Positions 1 through 9,786 of a stretch of 59,480 nt of DNA are shown piece after piece. The notes below the pieces were generated by a model. The model searched no databases. It was given only the letters and a program-made list of their open reading frames with translations, and was not told the DNA's origin. The DNA lies in sequence record SRR2962707_3147; one strand, written 5' to 3'. Each line of letters opens with the position of its first letter. The first letter of the stretch is position 1. A program made the translations under genes and the position numbers.

Positions 1-92
1 AAGCACGTTGCATTGAATCGTATTCATGCAGTGTGCTTCAGTTTTGTGTTTTATTCCGAAAACCGGCTCCCTCTTTTTAGAACACGTTTTAG
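1..92. repeat. Rhizobial intergenic palindromic (RIME-like) element, copy 1; left end cut by the window edge
   Basis: First 38 nt match 26742-26779 at 36/38 positions (aagcacgttgcattgaatYgtattcaWgcagtgtgctt). Shared tail attccgaaaaccg...gaacacgYtttag and an internal hairpin aagcac...gtgctt. Confidence 0.8.
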
Positions 93-769
93 CGGACTTT
101 CTTGTAGATTGCATTCATGTGGCTCTTTCGGACCATGGTCTTGCGCTTGAAGCCATGCTTGGCAAGCCAGGGCTCGAGCTCCGAAATCAGGACACCGCCC
201 TCATAGACCGGCTCTCTGGAGACTTCGCTTTCCAGGTAATCGACGGCGGCCAGCGTGCGGGCAGCCCCTTGCAGACACATCAGTTCCGCGCCCTGCACAT
301 CCAGCACCAGCACGTCCACCGTTTCAGGCCGGACTCCAACATCATCAAGCGCCGCATCCAGAGTGCGCATGGGAAGTTTCAGGACTTCGCCTGTCTCGCG
401 CACGTTCGAGAACCGGTCAGTTTCGCCGCGGCTCATCTTGAACATCGAGTTTGAAGCGCCATCATTGTCAAACAGGAAGAATTCAGCGGACCCGCCGTCT
501 TCTGCCCCGACCAGGGCCTGCACTGTAATATGGCGGGTCTGGGGCTGGCCCGTGAGCCAGCAGAACCAGCTTTTGGGGCGGGCAGCCATGGACGCGATGT
601 GTTCCTCAAGCACCGGATAAATATCCGGTGCGGCCTCGAACCAGACCACCGTGCTGGCGCCCCAATCCTGATAGCGGGCCGCTTCTTCGCCATAGTGGGC
701 ACCAACGTGGACAACGGTCTTGTTGCGCAGTGTCCGGCCCCGCATCAGGAGATATCTGAGAATATTCAT
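89..769 (-). CDS. FkbM-family SAM-dependent methyltransferase
   Basis: Motifs [19 protein letters not shown] and [20 protein letters not shown] at 769 has a GGAGG RBS, so the ORF-track extension to 1048 (which overlaps the next gene) was not used. Confidence 0.85.
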   Translation of the reverse strand: MNILRYLLMRGRTLRNKTVVHVGAHYGEEAARYQDWGASTVVWFEAAPDIYPVLEEHIASMAARPKSWFCWLTGQPQTRHITVQALVGAEDGGSAEFFLFDNDGASNSMFKMSRGETDRFSNVRETGEVLKLPMRTLDAALDDVGVRPETVDVLVLDVQGAELMCLQGAARTLAAVDYLESEVSREPVYEGGVLISELEPWLAKHGFKRKTMVRKSHMNAIYKKVR

Positions 770-938
770 GTTGCGGCCTCCACGCATTTGGCGACAGTTC
801 GGGCGGTGTTGAACAGCGAAGTGCGCCGCTTGATGCCATGCACCTCGCAGCCCTTGTTGAACAGGACCTCCGACAGACAGGCGCCATCCTGACCGGTCAC
901 GCCGGTGACGAGAGCCATTTTGGGAGATACGGAATGGG

Positions 939-1841
939 TCATAAGCGGGGTGTATCCCTTCGGGCGGCGTTTTCAATGATCCGCGCGGCCGCAAGTTCAT
1001 GGTTTGCGTAACGCCCCGCTTTTTCCTTGTTCCTGGCGACAAATTCAAGCCGTGACTGATAATCGCCGGGAGATATGTTGGCGATCGCTGCCTTGATGTC
1101 GGACAGCGTTTCGCAGATCAGCATGCCGCGCGTGTCAAATGTATCGGCAATGCGTTGCGCGCCCCAGTAGATAGGCACGGTTTCGCACAGCAGACAATCG
1201 ATCAGCTTTTCGGTGAAATAATCAGGCTCGCGAACATTCTCGATGATAACGGAATAACGGTAGGGGGCCAGCCCGTCAGACTTGCGCTCAAACGGTGCAT
1301 ATCCGCGACCCAGAATGTCCGCGTCGATGTTTTGCGCCCTGATCCAGTCGACAACTTGATGCCTGAGCCTGTGCCCTTCAAGGTCGGTCTTGGACGAGGC
1401 TATCAGGGACAGCATGCGGCTCTTGCGCATATCGACATCTTGCCAATCAGGAACCCAGGTGGAGCCGTACAGATAGCGGAGGCCATTGGGGGCCGCGGCC
1501 AGCAGCGACGGATTGGCCGTCAGCACACGGTAAAACCGCCGCCAAAACAACTTCAGCCAGGCCATCTTGCGGCCCTGAACCACTTGTGGCTCAACCGCCA
1601 TCACCGAAACTTTCGCCCGGACGCCGGGACGCGGCATGTAGAGCAGCCGGGATGTGACGTAGGCCAAGAGGTGGTCGGTCTCCTTCATGTCGGAGATCGA
1701 GCCCTGGCTGAGCCGGTCCGGACGGCCCAGCGGCCATTCGAGCGCATCAAGCGATAGCCCGGCGAGCTTTCGGGTCACCCTGGTATTGTAGGGCAACAAG
1801 GCTATGGCCGGGGCGTTGTCCGGAAGAGGGCTGTCCGTCAT
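939..1841 (-). CDS. GT10 (alpha-1,3-fucosyltransferase-like) glycosyltransferase
   Basis: [34 protein letters not shown] matches the GT10 signature (Y.F...ENS...DY.TEK......VPIYWG). Confidence 0.8.
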   Translation of the reverse strand: MTDSPLPDNAPAIALLPYNTRVTRKLAGLSLDALEWPLGRPDRLSQGSISDMKETDHLLAYVTSRLLYMPRPGVRAKVSVMAVEPQVVQGRKMAWLKLFWRRFYRVLTANPSLLAAAPNGLRYLYGSTWVPDWQDVDMRKSRMLSLIASSKTDLEGHRLRHQVVDWIRAQNIDADILGRGYAPFERKSDGLAPYRYSVIIENVREPDYFTEKLIDCLLCETVPIYWGAQRIADTFDTRGMLICETLSDIKAAIANISPGDYQSRLEFVARNKEKAGRYANHELAAARIIENAARRDTPRL

Positions 1842-2003
1842 GATTAGATTCTGCAAATTCTCTGAACGTGGAAAGAGGCCCAAGAAACAATCTTATGAGG
1901 TTCTTGTGCTGTTTTTGATGCCAATTCAAGGGCGATTCAGGTCACGTTGCGGAATCATACCCGATATCGGCTTCGGGCTTTCAAACCGCCTGGCCGGCGC
2001 CAG

Positions 2004-2789
2004 TTACCGTTTCGGCTCGGTGCTGGTGGCGGGGGCCTCAGCGTCCTGCGTCTCGAAGTCGCGAACCATGCTGTCGTAAGAGGGGTGCACGGTGCCCATC
2101 ATCCGGTCCCAGATGGAAAAGAAATTGCCGTAATTGTAGCGGAACGTCGAGTGATGCAGATCATGGAAAGATGTGCAGATCATCGGTGACGGCCAGCGCG
2201 AGGTCGGCGAGGCGAAATACTCAAAGCCAGAGTGCCCGATCATGCCGGATATCTGGTCGAACACCCGCTGTGCGGCCAGCGCCAGCGCCGGCATCGGCAG
2301 CACGAACCAGACGATCAAATAGTATCCATGCTCGATCAGGGTATCGACGGTGGTGGAGGAATCATTGCTCCACACCGTGGGCGCCACCGACTTGTGATGC
2401 GGCGCGTGCCAGCGGTAAAACATCTTTAGGTGCAACAACCGGTGGCCCCAATAGAACCAGGCATCGTAAAGCACCATGGAAACCCCGAACATCAGCGCCA
2501 CCGACCACCAGGAGGTTTCGAGCGGCGCAATCGTCCAGCCGCGCACCTGGGCAAAATAGCCGAAGGAGAGCATCGCGGCCGAAACCGCCAGCGCAGACAG
2601 GGAGGAGCGGATCTCGACCCACATGCGCTTGTCGCCGTTGCGGGTTTTCTGGATGCGGCGATCCGGATGACGCCGGTTGATGAGGGTCATGCCGATCCCG
2701 GTCGCGAAATAGATCACCACCGTCGCGCCATAGACGATGGCGAAATACAGCAGATATTGCGAAACAGGGCCCATCAACGAAGACAACAT
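2004..2789 (-). CDS. Sterol desaturase / fatty-acid hydroxylase superfamily protein (paralog 1)
   Basis: His boxes HRLLH, HAPHH and HDLHH; NYGNFFSIWDRMMGT; TM segments; AGGAG RBS before ATG 2789. Confidence 0.88.
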   Translation of the reverse strand: MLSSLMGPVSQYLLYFAIVYGATVVIYFATGIGMTLINRRHPDRRIQKTRNGDKRMWVEIRSSLSALAVSAAMLSFGYFAQVRGWTIAPLETSWWSVALMFGVSMVLYDAWFYWGHRLLHLKMFYRWHAPHHKSVAPTVWSNDSSTTVDTLIEHGYYLIVWFVLPMPALALAAQRVFDQISGMIGHSGFEYFASPTSRWPSPMICTSFHDLHHSTFRYNYGNFFSIWDRMMGTVHPSYDSMVRDFETQDAEAPATSTEPKR

Positions 2790-3198
2790 GCCGATACGAT
2801 TCTCCTGATTTTCCTGTGCCGGGTATATCTCAGTGCAGTCGGGATCCAAGCAAGTCCGAGTAGTCTCATATAGCTCAGCCGGTACGCAAGTTTAATCCCC
2901 CTGCCAAATGCGCGCACCCTGCCTGCGAACCTACGTTGGAACACGGCAATAGCCAGAAGGGTCTTCGCCGGACGTTTGAACAAGCAGAGCTGCGCTACAG
3001 ATCAAATGGGTAGTCCATGAACTGCATTGAACCCGCAGCGGTTTGTCCTTAAAGCTTTGTCTTGGTCAAACGCATCGGCAAAACCGGCAGTTTGAGAGCT
3101 GGAGACCAACTTTCGATCGAGACGCAGGCCGTCAGGCATGCCGTTTCGGGCTGCAAGTGCCAACGGGACATAGCTTACCGGACAGGGACGACGGATCA

Positions 3199-3975
3199 TT
3201 GATACAGTTGATAGCAGAATTTGCACTGTTCTGGATCGTTGCCTATGCAGCCGGCGTCACGATCATGTTCAGCGTCGGCTTCGTGATCATCCAGATCAAC
3301 AAGCGGCACCCGGAACGAAAGATCCAGAAACGGGAACCGACACATTCCGCCCGGAAGGACATCTTGTCGTCTCTCAAGCAGATTGCAGTCACAGCGACCT
3401 GTCTTGCGGTTGGCTTCTTTTCCCAATGGAAAGGCTGGACGATTACGCCGGTCGACCTTAGCTGGTGGTCCTTTCCGGTTTTCTTTGTCATCAGCATCGT
3501 GCTGCACGACGCATGGTTTTATGCCGGGCACCGCCTTTTGCACACCAAGGCGCTCTACCGCTTTCACAAGCCGCACCACATGACCATCACTCCCACGGTG
3601 TGGTCGAACGATGCTGGCTCGTCGGTCGATACACTGTTTGCCCACAGCTACTACGCACTGGTTCTGTTCGTGATCCCGATGCCGGCGGCCAGCCTGATCG
3701 CGCACCGCCTTTTCGACCAGGTGAGCGCCATTATCGGGCATTCGGGCTATGAGTACTTCGCCAACTCGACCAGCCGGGCACCATGGCCAATGATCTGCGT
3801 GACCTATCACGATCAGCACCATTCCGAATTCGTCTACAATTACGCGAACTATTTCAGCTGGTGGGACCGGATTTTCGGCACCATCCACCCGCATTACGAT
3901 CACATCATCAAGGGGTGGGAAGAAACTGACGCGCGACCACACATGCCGAAGGCCAAGGAACAGATAGACTATTAG
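3199..3975 (+). CDS. Sterol desaturase / fatty-acid hydroxylase superfamily protein (paralog 2)
   Basis: His boxes HRLLH, HKPHH and HDQHH; NYANYFSWWDRIFGT. Start uncertain; TTG 3199 chosen by alignment with the paralogs. Confidence 0.86.
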   Translation: MIQLIAEFALFWIVAYAAGVTIMFSVGFVIIQINKRHPERKIQKREPTHSARKDILSSLKQIAVTATCLAVGFFSQWKGWTITPVDLSWWSFPVFFVISIVLHDAWFYAGHRLLHTKALYRFHKPHHMTITPTVWSNDAGSSVDTLFAHSYYALVLFVIPMPAASLIAHRLFDQVSAIIGHSGYEYFANSTSRAPWPMICVTYHDQHHSEFVYNYANYFSWWDRIFGTIHPHYDHIIKGWEETDARPHMPKAKEQIDY

Positions 3976-4121
3976 ACTGATGTGCATGGTGCACGATCGG
4001 TCGCGAATCCTGACTGCTGAAATTCGTGGCGACCTAACTGCTGTTCGTGTCATCATTGGAGACGCGCCAAACCAGCGGTGAACCCTATCATTCACCCGAA
4101 TCCCCGGAAGATGTCACCGAC

Positions 4122-4925
4122 ATGCATGTAATCATCACTGGTGGATCCAGCGGAATCGGTGCCGCGATAGCTGAAATCGAAACGCAGCGCGGTGCGAGAG
4201 TTTCGATTGTTGCCAGGCGTGAAGAGCCGCTCAGAGAGCTTCGTGCACAGATCCTGGCACAGTATCCGTCCGGACAGATCAACATTTGTGCTGCCGATGT
4301 TACAGATGCTGAGGCGCTGGAGAGGGCCATTGAAACCTGCGAGGAAGTCTCTGGCCCGTGTGACCGGCTGATTGCTGCAGCTGGCATTGTCGAACCTGGG
4401 GAATTGATCTCGCAGGACATGGAGAGTTTCCGCTCGCAGATCGAAACCAACCTGTTCGGAACGGCCAATGCGGTTCGTGCTGTCTATTCCGGGATGGTCC
4501 AGCGCCAATCGGGACAGATCGTCATCATATCGTCGGGAGCCGGACTGATCGGGATTCACGGCTATACGGCCTATTGCGCCTCCAAACATGCGCTTGCGGG
4601 GTTTGCCGAAGCTCTGCGCCAGGAAGCAAAGCCAAATGGAATAGCCATTTCCATCTGCTTTCCGCCGGACACAGAAACGCAGCAACTGGCAGCAGAACTG
4701 CCGCTGCGTTCGCCGGCGGCCGCGGCCATCATCGGAGGCGCGAAACCCTGGCCGGCGGACCGGGTCGCGCGCATTATCGTCAAAGGCGCGGACCGTGGCC
4801 GGTTCGAGATTTATCCAGGGGTGCTGATGGCGCTGCTGGGCCGGTTCGGAGCGCTCATCGCCCCTGTGCTGCGGTGGCACTTCGACCTGAAAATCGCAGC
4901 TGTCCGCAAGAACCAGGACCAGTGA
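4122..4925 (+). CDS. SDR oxidoreductase, 3-ketodihydrosphingosine reductase (KDSR/Tsc10)-like
   Basis: TGGSSGIG Rossmann motif; YCASK catalytic motif; ALAGFAEALRQE and CFPPDTET resemble the KDSR PPDTDTP motif. Confidence 0.82.
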   Translation: MHVIITGGSSGIGAAIAEIETQRGARVSIVARREEPLRELRAQILAQYPSGQINICAADVTDAEALERAIETCEEVSGPCDRLIAAAGIVEPGELISQDMESFRSQIETNLFGTANAVRAVYSGMVQRQSGQIVIISSGAGLIGIHGYTAYCASKHALAGFAEALRQEAKPNGIAISICFPPDTETQQLAAELPLRSPAAAAIIGGAKPWPADRVARIIVKGADRGRFEIYPGVLMALLGRFGALIAPVLRWHFDLKIAAVRKNQDQ

Positions 4926-5127
4926 GCGCTTTGCCTTTTGCGCAGCCGTGAAATACCCTGTCGACGTTCGCCCTGCATCGCTTCACACGACGTGCGCATT
5001 GCAGGAAACAGTAGAATCGGCTGGAGGCATTCGAGTATGTCACGTTGTAAACGCGTTATGCTTCGCAAACGCTGCCGCGCAGTTCTCCATGAATACTTAT
5101 AACCCGCTGAAACCTGACAGGCTCCAG

Positions 5128-6174
5128 ATGAAACCACTCGACTTGATCAAGGCGCCGATATGGCTGGCGGAACTGGCCAGCGGCGCCAAATCGTTCAAGA
5201 ACAATCCGATTATCGGAAGCCGATGGCTTAATGAGCGTGGGTTGCACATCGCCCGCCTGCGGCAGGCCGAAAGCATGGCCGACAGCAGGCGGCGACGGTT
5301 GACCCATCTGGTCGACAGCGAGGACGCGGAGAGCTTTGCCCGCGACGGCTATGTGATGCGCCGCAACGCCCTGCCCGCCGATGTGTTTGCGCGGCTGCGC
5401 CGGCAGGTGGAAGAGCATGAATTTCCGGCACAGGAAATGCTGCAGGGCAATGCCGTCACCCGCTTCATCCCGATCACGCGGGCGATGATGGACACGCATG
5501 CCGAGCTTGGCGCTTTCGTGCGCGGACGGCTGTTCCAGGGGCTGCTTCGCTACGTTGCCGCTGCCAACGCGGACCCGATAAGCTTCATCCACACGGTCTT
5601 CGCCGAGCCCCACCGGGGGCCACGCGACCCGCAGACCCTGTTTCACTCTGACACGTTCCATTCCACCGCCAAGGCCTGGTATTTTCTGACCGATGTAGCC
5701 GAAGACGGCGGGCCGTTGACTTATGTGCCGGGTTCGCACCGGATGACGCCCGCGCGCCTTGCCTGGGAACAGGAACAAAGCCTCACCGCGCGGAGCAACG
5801 TCAACAGCCATCACGCGAGCGGCTCGTTTCGGGTATCGGACGAGCAGCTACGCGATATGGGGTATGCAGCGCCCGCACGTATTGCCGTGCCGGCCAATAC
5901 GCTGGTGGTCGCCGATACGCACGGGTTTCACGCCAGAGCGGCCAGCGAGAGGCCGACTGTGCGCCTCAGTCTTTACGGCTCGCTGCGCCGCAATCCGTTT
6001 GTGCCCTGGACCGGCCTCGACCCTTTCAGCCTGCCCGGGCTGCAAGGCCGCCAGGCGGAAATCCACGACGCGATCAACACCTGGCAAGCGCAGCGAGGCG
6101 CATCGGGCCAGCCGCCGGTGGGACCGGTCAAGCCACTCGACCCGCCGCGCCGCTGGGACAAGAGCGCTGACTGA
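5128..6174 (+). CDS. Phytanoyl-CoA dioxygenase (PhyH) family Fe(II)/2-oxoglutarate dioxygenase (paralog 1)
   Basis: HSD...H facial triad (FHSDTFH, DTHGFHAR) and GPLTYVPGSH. Confidence 0.85.
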   Translation: MKPLDLIKAPIWLAELASGAKSFKNNPIIGSRWLNERGLHIARLRQAESMADSRRRRLTHLVDSEDAESFARDGYVMRRNALPADVFARLRRQVEEHEFPAQEMLQGNAVTRFIPITRAMMDTHAELGAFVRGRLFQGLLRYVAAANADPISFIHTVFAEPHRGPRDPQTLFHSDTFHSTAKAWYFLTDVAEDGGPLTYVPGSHRMTPARLAWEQEQSLTARSNVNSHHASGSFRVSDEQLRDMGYAAPARIAVPANTLVVADTHGFHARAASERPTVRLSLYGSLRRNPFVPWTGLDPFSLPGLQGRQAEIHDAINTWQAQRGASGQPPVGPVKPLDPPRRWDKSAD

Positions 6175-6187
6175 TTGAGTCAACGCG

Positions 6188-7237
6188 CTAATCCTGCGGC
6201 AAGCGCAGTTCGCCGAGCATGTACCAGTGCTCGACATTCTCGATCACCAGCGGTTCGAAGATCTCGTTGAATTTCAGAACTGTTGCGGCAACCGGATAAG
6301 GCTTGTCAGCGTCGCTCGCCTTGGCCAGTGGCGGCAGGATGACGAGTTTGAAGCGGGCACCTCTGGTCCGTTTGAGGTAAACCGGCAGCAGCGTGCCGCC
6401 GGTGGAATTGGCAAGCTTGACCGCAACAACCGCATTGCCCTTGTCGGGAGGTGAGCGGCCGAACAGCGGCAGATGTATCTGAAAATCGCGGACGTCATCG
6501 AGGAAGAAGATCACAGACGCCGCACCACCACCGGCGAGCAGGCGCTGCAGCCTGAAGGCACTGCGTTGGCCGGGCGGAAACATATAGTGATTGCGCCGCT
6601 TGCGGCTGCCATAGACGATCCGGTTGGTAAACCGGCTGGGTTCCGGTTGGAAGGGCCCGATGTTGGGCGATGCGATGCCCTGCTGGGCCGCGGCTGCAGT
6701 TGCCTCCCAGGTGGACAGGTGCATGGAAACCAGAACCAGCGGGCCACCTTGCGCATGGGCCGCCGCCAGATTCTCCACGCCTTCGACGGTGATCCGACCC
6801 TTTGGCCAGAGAGCGTTGACGATAGAATACTCGGCCATTGTCCGGCCGATATTGCTCCACCAACGGATCAATGCAGCCCGATGGCGGGCGGGTGTATCGC
6901 AGCGTTCCGGAGCGAGAGCCTGCAAATTTCCGGCGATCCGTTTGGCAAAGATCCGGTCCTTGTAGCGCCAATAGGCGAGCAAGCTCAGCTGTCCCGCCAG
7001 GGCGGAGCCAAGGTCACAGGGCAAGAAGCGGAACAATGTGTGGGAGATCTGGTTGATCCGGCCTTCTATCGGCTGCTTGAGCCAGTAAAGCTTCGCCCAT
7101 GAGCGTTTCGGCTGGTCTTTTGCCCAGACATCCCGGAGAGGCGGCGCTTCGGCTTCCTGCGGATAGGTTTCCTCAAACGGAATGTCCGCAAGCGTCAGTG
7201 GGGCGCGTTTCCCGTCATCGTTGATCTTGTCCTTCAC
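6188..7237 (-). CDS. LpxL/HtrB-like lipid acyltransferase
   Basis: HLSTWE (HxxxxE), NIGRTMAEY, LPLFGR, C-terminal HWYM. Lies 7 bp downstream of the P450 on the same strand. Confidence 0.8.
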   Translation of the reverse strand: MKDKINDDGKRAPLTLADIPFEETYPQEAEAPPLRDVWAKDQPKRSWAKLYWLKQPIEGRINQISHTLFRFLPCDLGSALAGQLSLLAYWRYKDRIFAKRIAGNLQALAPERCDTPARHRAALIRWWSNIGRTMAEYSIVNALWPKGRITVEGVENLAAAHAQGGPLVLVSMHLSTWEATAAAAQQGIASPNIGPFQPEPSRFTNRIVYGSRKRRNHYMFPPGQRSAFRLQRLLAGGGAASVIFFLDDVRDFQIHLPLFGRSPPDKGNAVVAVKLANSTGGTLLPVYLKRTRGARFKLVILPPLAKASDADKPYPVAATVLKFNEIFEPLVIENVEHWYMLGELRLPQD

Positions 7238-7244
7238 TTCGCGC

Positions 7245-8648
7245 TCACCCGGATCGAGGCTGCAGGATCATCGGCAGCGTCTCGCCGGGACGCAGCGTCA
7301 GCCGGCAGACCGGCTGTACATCCGTGCCGGGCTTGAGCTTCAGATCGAACTGCCGTGCCAGCATCACCAGACTCAGGATCGACTCGGTCATGCCGAACTG
7401 AAGGCCGGGACATATGCGTGGGCCGATGCTGAACGGCACATAGCCGTATTTGTTGGGCTTCATGCTGTCTTGCAGAAACCGTTCCGGCCAGAATGTATCT
7501 GGCAAATCCCAGAGCACAGGATTGCGGTGCATGAGCCATGGAACCACCAGAACCAGAGAGCCCTTGCGGATCGGTTTGTTGCTGATCGAGGTGTCTTCAG
7601 TCGCCTCCCGCGCCAGAATGGGCACCGGCGGGTAGAGCCGCAGCGTTTCCTCGATCACCGCCTTGGCATAGGGCAGGCTGGCAATATCCTTGAACGTTGG
7701 CGTCCGGTCACCTAGCACTGCATCGATCTCGGCGTGCAGCTTGGTGCGAACGCGGGACGACTGCGAGATTAGGTACCATGTCCAGGCCAGCGTATTGGCG
7801 GTGGTTTCATGCCCGGCCATGAAGATGACCGCTGCCTCGTTGCGGATCGCCTCGCGCGACAACGGGTTGCCGTTGTCATCGCGGGCTTCCAGCAGGCCGC
7901 CGATGACGGACACTTCACCGGCGTCCTTTCGGGCGTGGTAGCTGTCGATGATTTCATCGAGAACTTCGAGAATGCGTGTCTTGGCCTGCTTCAGCGCCTT
8001 GCTGCGATAGCGCGGGAGCCAATCCGGCAGGCCGAAGATCGCAAAAAGATCGACCTGGTCGATGTGCTTCTGGTACTCGGTAAAGCCCCGGACCACTTCG
8101 CTCGCATAATCCTTGCCAAGCTGACGCCCGAAGATGGTACGGCTGATGATTTCCGCCGTCAGGTGCGCCATTTCGGCCAGGACATCGATCTCGGACCCAC
8201 TGGGCCTGGACGCCCACTCGGCGCGTTTTTCCTCGATCGTGTCGACCATGATCGGGGCAAAACCCGGAACCCGCGAGCCGTGGATGATCGGCGCGACCAG
8301 CTTCCGCCGCTTCATCCAGGTCTCGCCATCGCTGACAAACAGACCGTCACCCAACAGCGGTTGCAGGGCATGACGCATTTGCGGGCTCTTGCGTTGCAAG
8401 GCAGCGTGGTTGGTCTGGAAGGCTTCGCGAACGACATCAGGCCGGTTGCAAAGAATCAACTCGCGGCTGAACACCTTGAGGCTTCTCAGCCGTCCCTGAA
8501 AATCTCTGGTTCCCCAGATCGACAGGAAGTTCTTCTTTGCCATGCCAATCAGGGTCCACACCGGCGGTGTGACTTCGTGGCGGAAGGGATAGGGCGGAAC
8601 GAAATCGTTTGCGTCTTCGTTATGCAAGACAGGATCGGTCAGGCTCAC
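7245..8648 (-). CDS. Cytochrome P450
   Basis: I-helix AGHETTA, ExxR in EETLRLYPP, PERF, heme motif PFSIGPRICPG. Start uncertain (GTG 8648; frame open to 8852). Confidence 0.93.
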   Translation of the reverse strand: MSLTDPVLHNEDANDFVPPYPFRHEVTPPVWTLIGMAKKNFLSIWGTRDFQGRLRSLKVFSRELILCNRPDVVREAFQTNHAALQRKSPQMRHALQPLLGDGLFVSDGETWMKRRKLVAPIIHGSRVPGFAPIMVDTIEEKRAEWASRPSGSEIDVLAEMAHLTAEIISRTIFGRQLGKDYASEVVRGFTEYQKHIDQVDLFAIFGLPDWLPRYRSKALKQAKTRILEVLDEIIDSYHARKDAGEVSVIGGLLEARDDNGNPLSREAIRNEAAVIFMAGHETTANTLAWTWYLISQSSRVRTKLHAEIDAVLGDRTPTFKDIASLPYAKAVIEETLRLYPPVPILAREATEDTSISNKPIRKGSLVLVVPWLMHRNPVLWDLPDTFWPERFLQDSMKPNKYGYVPFSIGPRICPGLQFGMTESILSLVMLARQFDLKLKPGTDVQPVCRLTLRPGETLPMILQPRSG

Positions 8649-8944
8649 ACAGGCTTCCACTTCGGCTACGAGGGTCAGGGATGAATTCTTACGGGTTCGC
8701 TTTGTGTTTAATGCATCAACAGGCGAGTTTCCCCAACATAATTGCCCATTCGCACACAAACCGGCCGCTACGACACGAACCGCCTGGCCACCCGCACATG
8801 CATGGCCGGGATGCGCCTGCGACGACATAGCCCCGGCCCCGCTCTTTCGCAATCCTGAGCAGATGCGCTATAGAGGCACCACATCCGGGATTGCAAAGCC
8901 GCCTGGCGGCAGATTTGTTTTCTTGTATTAGGAGAAAACCTGAA

Positions 8945-9730
8945 ATGATGGAAATCATGAATTTCGGCGATGCCGACAGCTGGTTTGCTCTGGCCAAACA
9001 GTTTCTTTCGCTGTTTGGCGTGGTGTTACTGGCCCTCGTCATCGTGCTTGTCAGCGTTGGCCTCGTGTTCGAGTTTCTCAACGCGCGACACCCCGAACGG
9101 AAGATTCAAAAAGGCCGGACCAACAAACGCAAATGGAAAGAGCTCTACCGGGCGCCGGGATCGCTTGCGATCATCGCGTTCTGCTTTTCGGGCGGTTTGT
9201 TCGCGCAGATGAAGGGCTGGACCATCACGCCCTTCGCGCTCAACTGGTGGACAGGCCCGCTTTTTCTGGCCGCATCGGTTGTGCTCTATGACACCTGGTT
9301 CTACTGGATCCACCGGCTGCTGCACCTCAAGCCGTTCTACCGCTTTCATGCCCTGCATCACAAAAGCCTGGCGCCAACGGTGTGGAGCAACCACAATGAA
9401 TCGCTGACCGAAGCCTTTCTCAATCAGGCCTTTTATCTGATCATCCCGTTTTTCCTGCCCATTCCCTGGCAAATGCTGGTTTTGCAGAAGCTCTATGACC
9501 AGGTCAGCGGCATGTTGGGCCACGCCGGTTTCGAGCATTTCGCGTCACCTGCCGGCCGCACACCGTTTCCGCTGGCAAGCACGGTTTTTCACGATCAGCA
9601 TCACTCACATTTTTCGTACAATTACGGCCATACGTTTTCGATCTGGGACCGCATGCTCGGCACGCTTTACCCCAAATACGATGCTACGCTTGAAAGCTTC
9701 GAGGCCCCCAAGCCTGGCAAACCGGAATAA
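8945..9730 (+). CDS. Sterol desaturase / fatty-acid hydroxylase superfamily protein (paralog 3)
   Basis: His boxes HRLLH, HALHH and HDQHH; NYGHTFSIWDRMLGT; AGGAG RBS. Confidence 0.88.
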   Translation: MMEIMNFGDADSWFALAKQFLSLFGVVLLALVIVLVSVGLVFEFLNARHPERKIQKGRTNKRKWKELYRAPGSLAIIAFCFSGGLFAQMKGWTITPFALNWWTGPLFLAASVVLYDTWFYWIHRLLHLKPFYRFHALHHKSLAPTVWSNHNESLTEAFLNQAFYLIIPFFLPIPWQMLVLQKLYDQVSGMLGHAGFEHFASPAGRTPFPLASTVFHDQHHSHFSYNYGHTFSIWDRMLGTLYPKYDATLESFEAPKPGKPE

Positions 9731-9786
9731 TCCGGCGACGCGATGGCTCGGTTGACGCTCCCGGGACGGCGCGTGACGATGACACT

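Noticed and set aside
2004-9730. Sterol biosynthesis cluster (desaturases plus P450)
   Set aside because: No squalene epoxidase or oxidosqualene cyclase in the window, and the family also acts on acyl chains.
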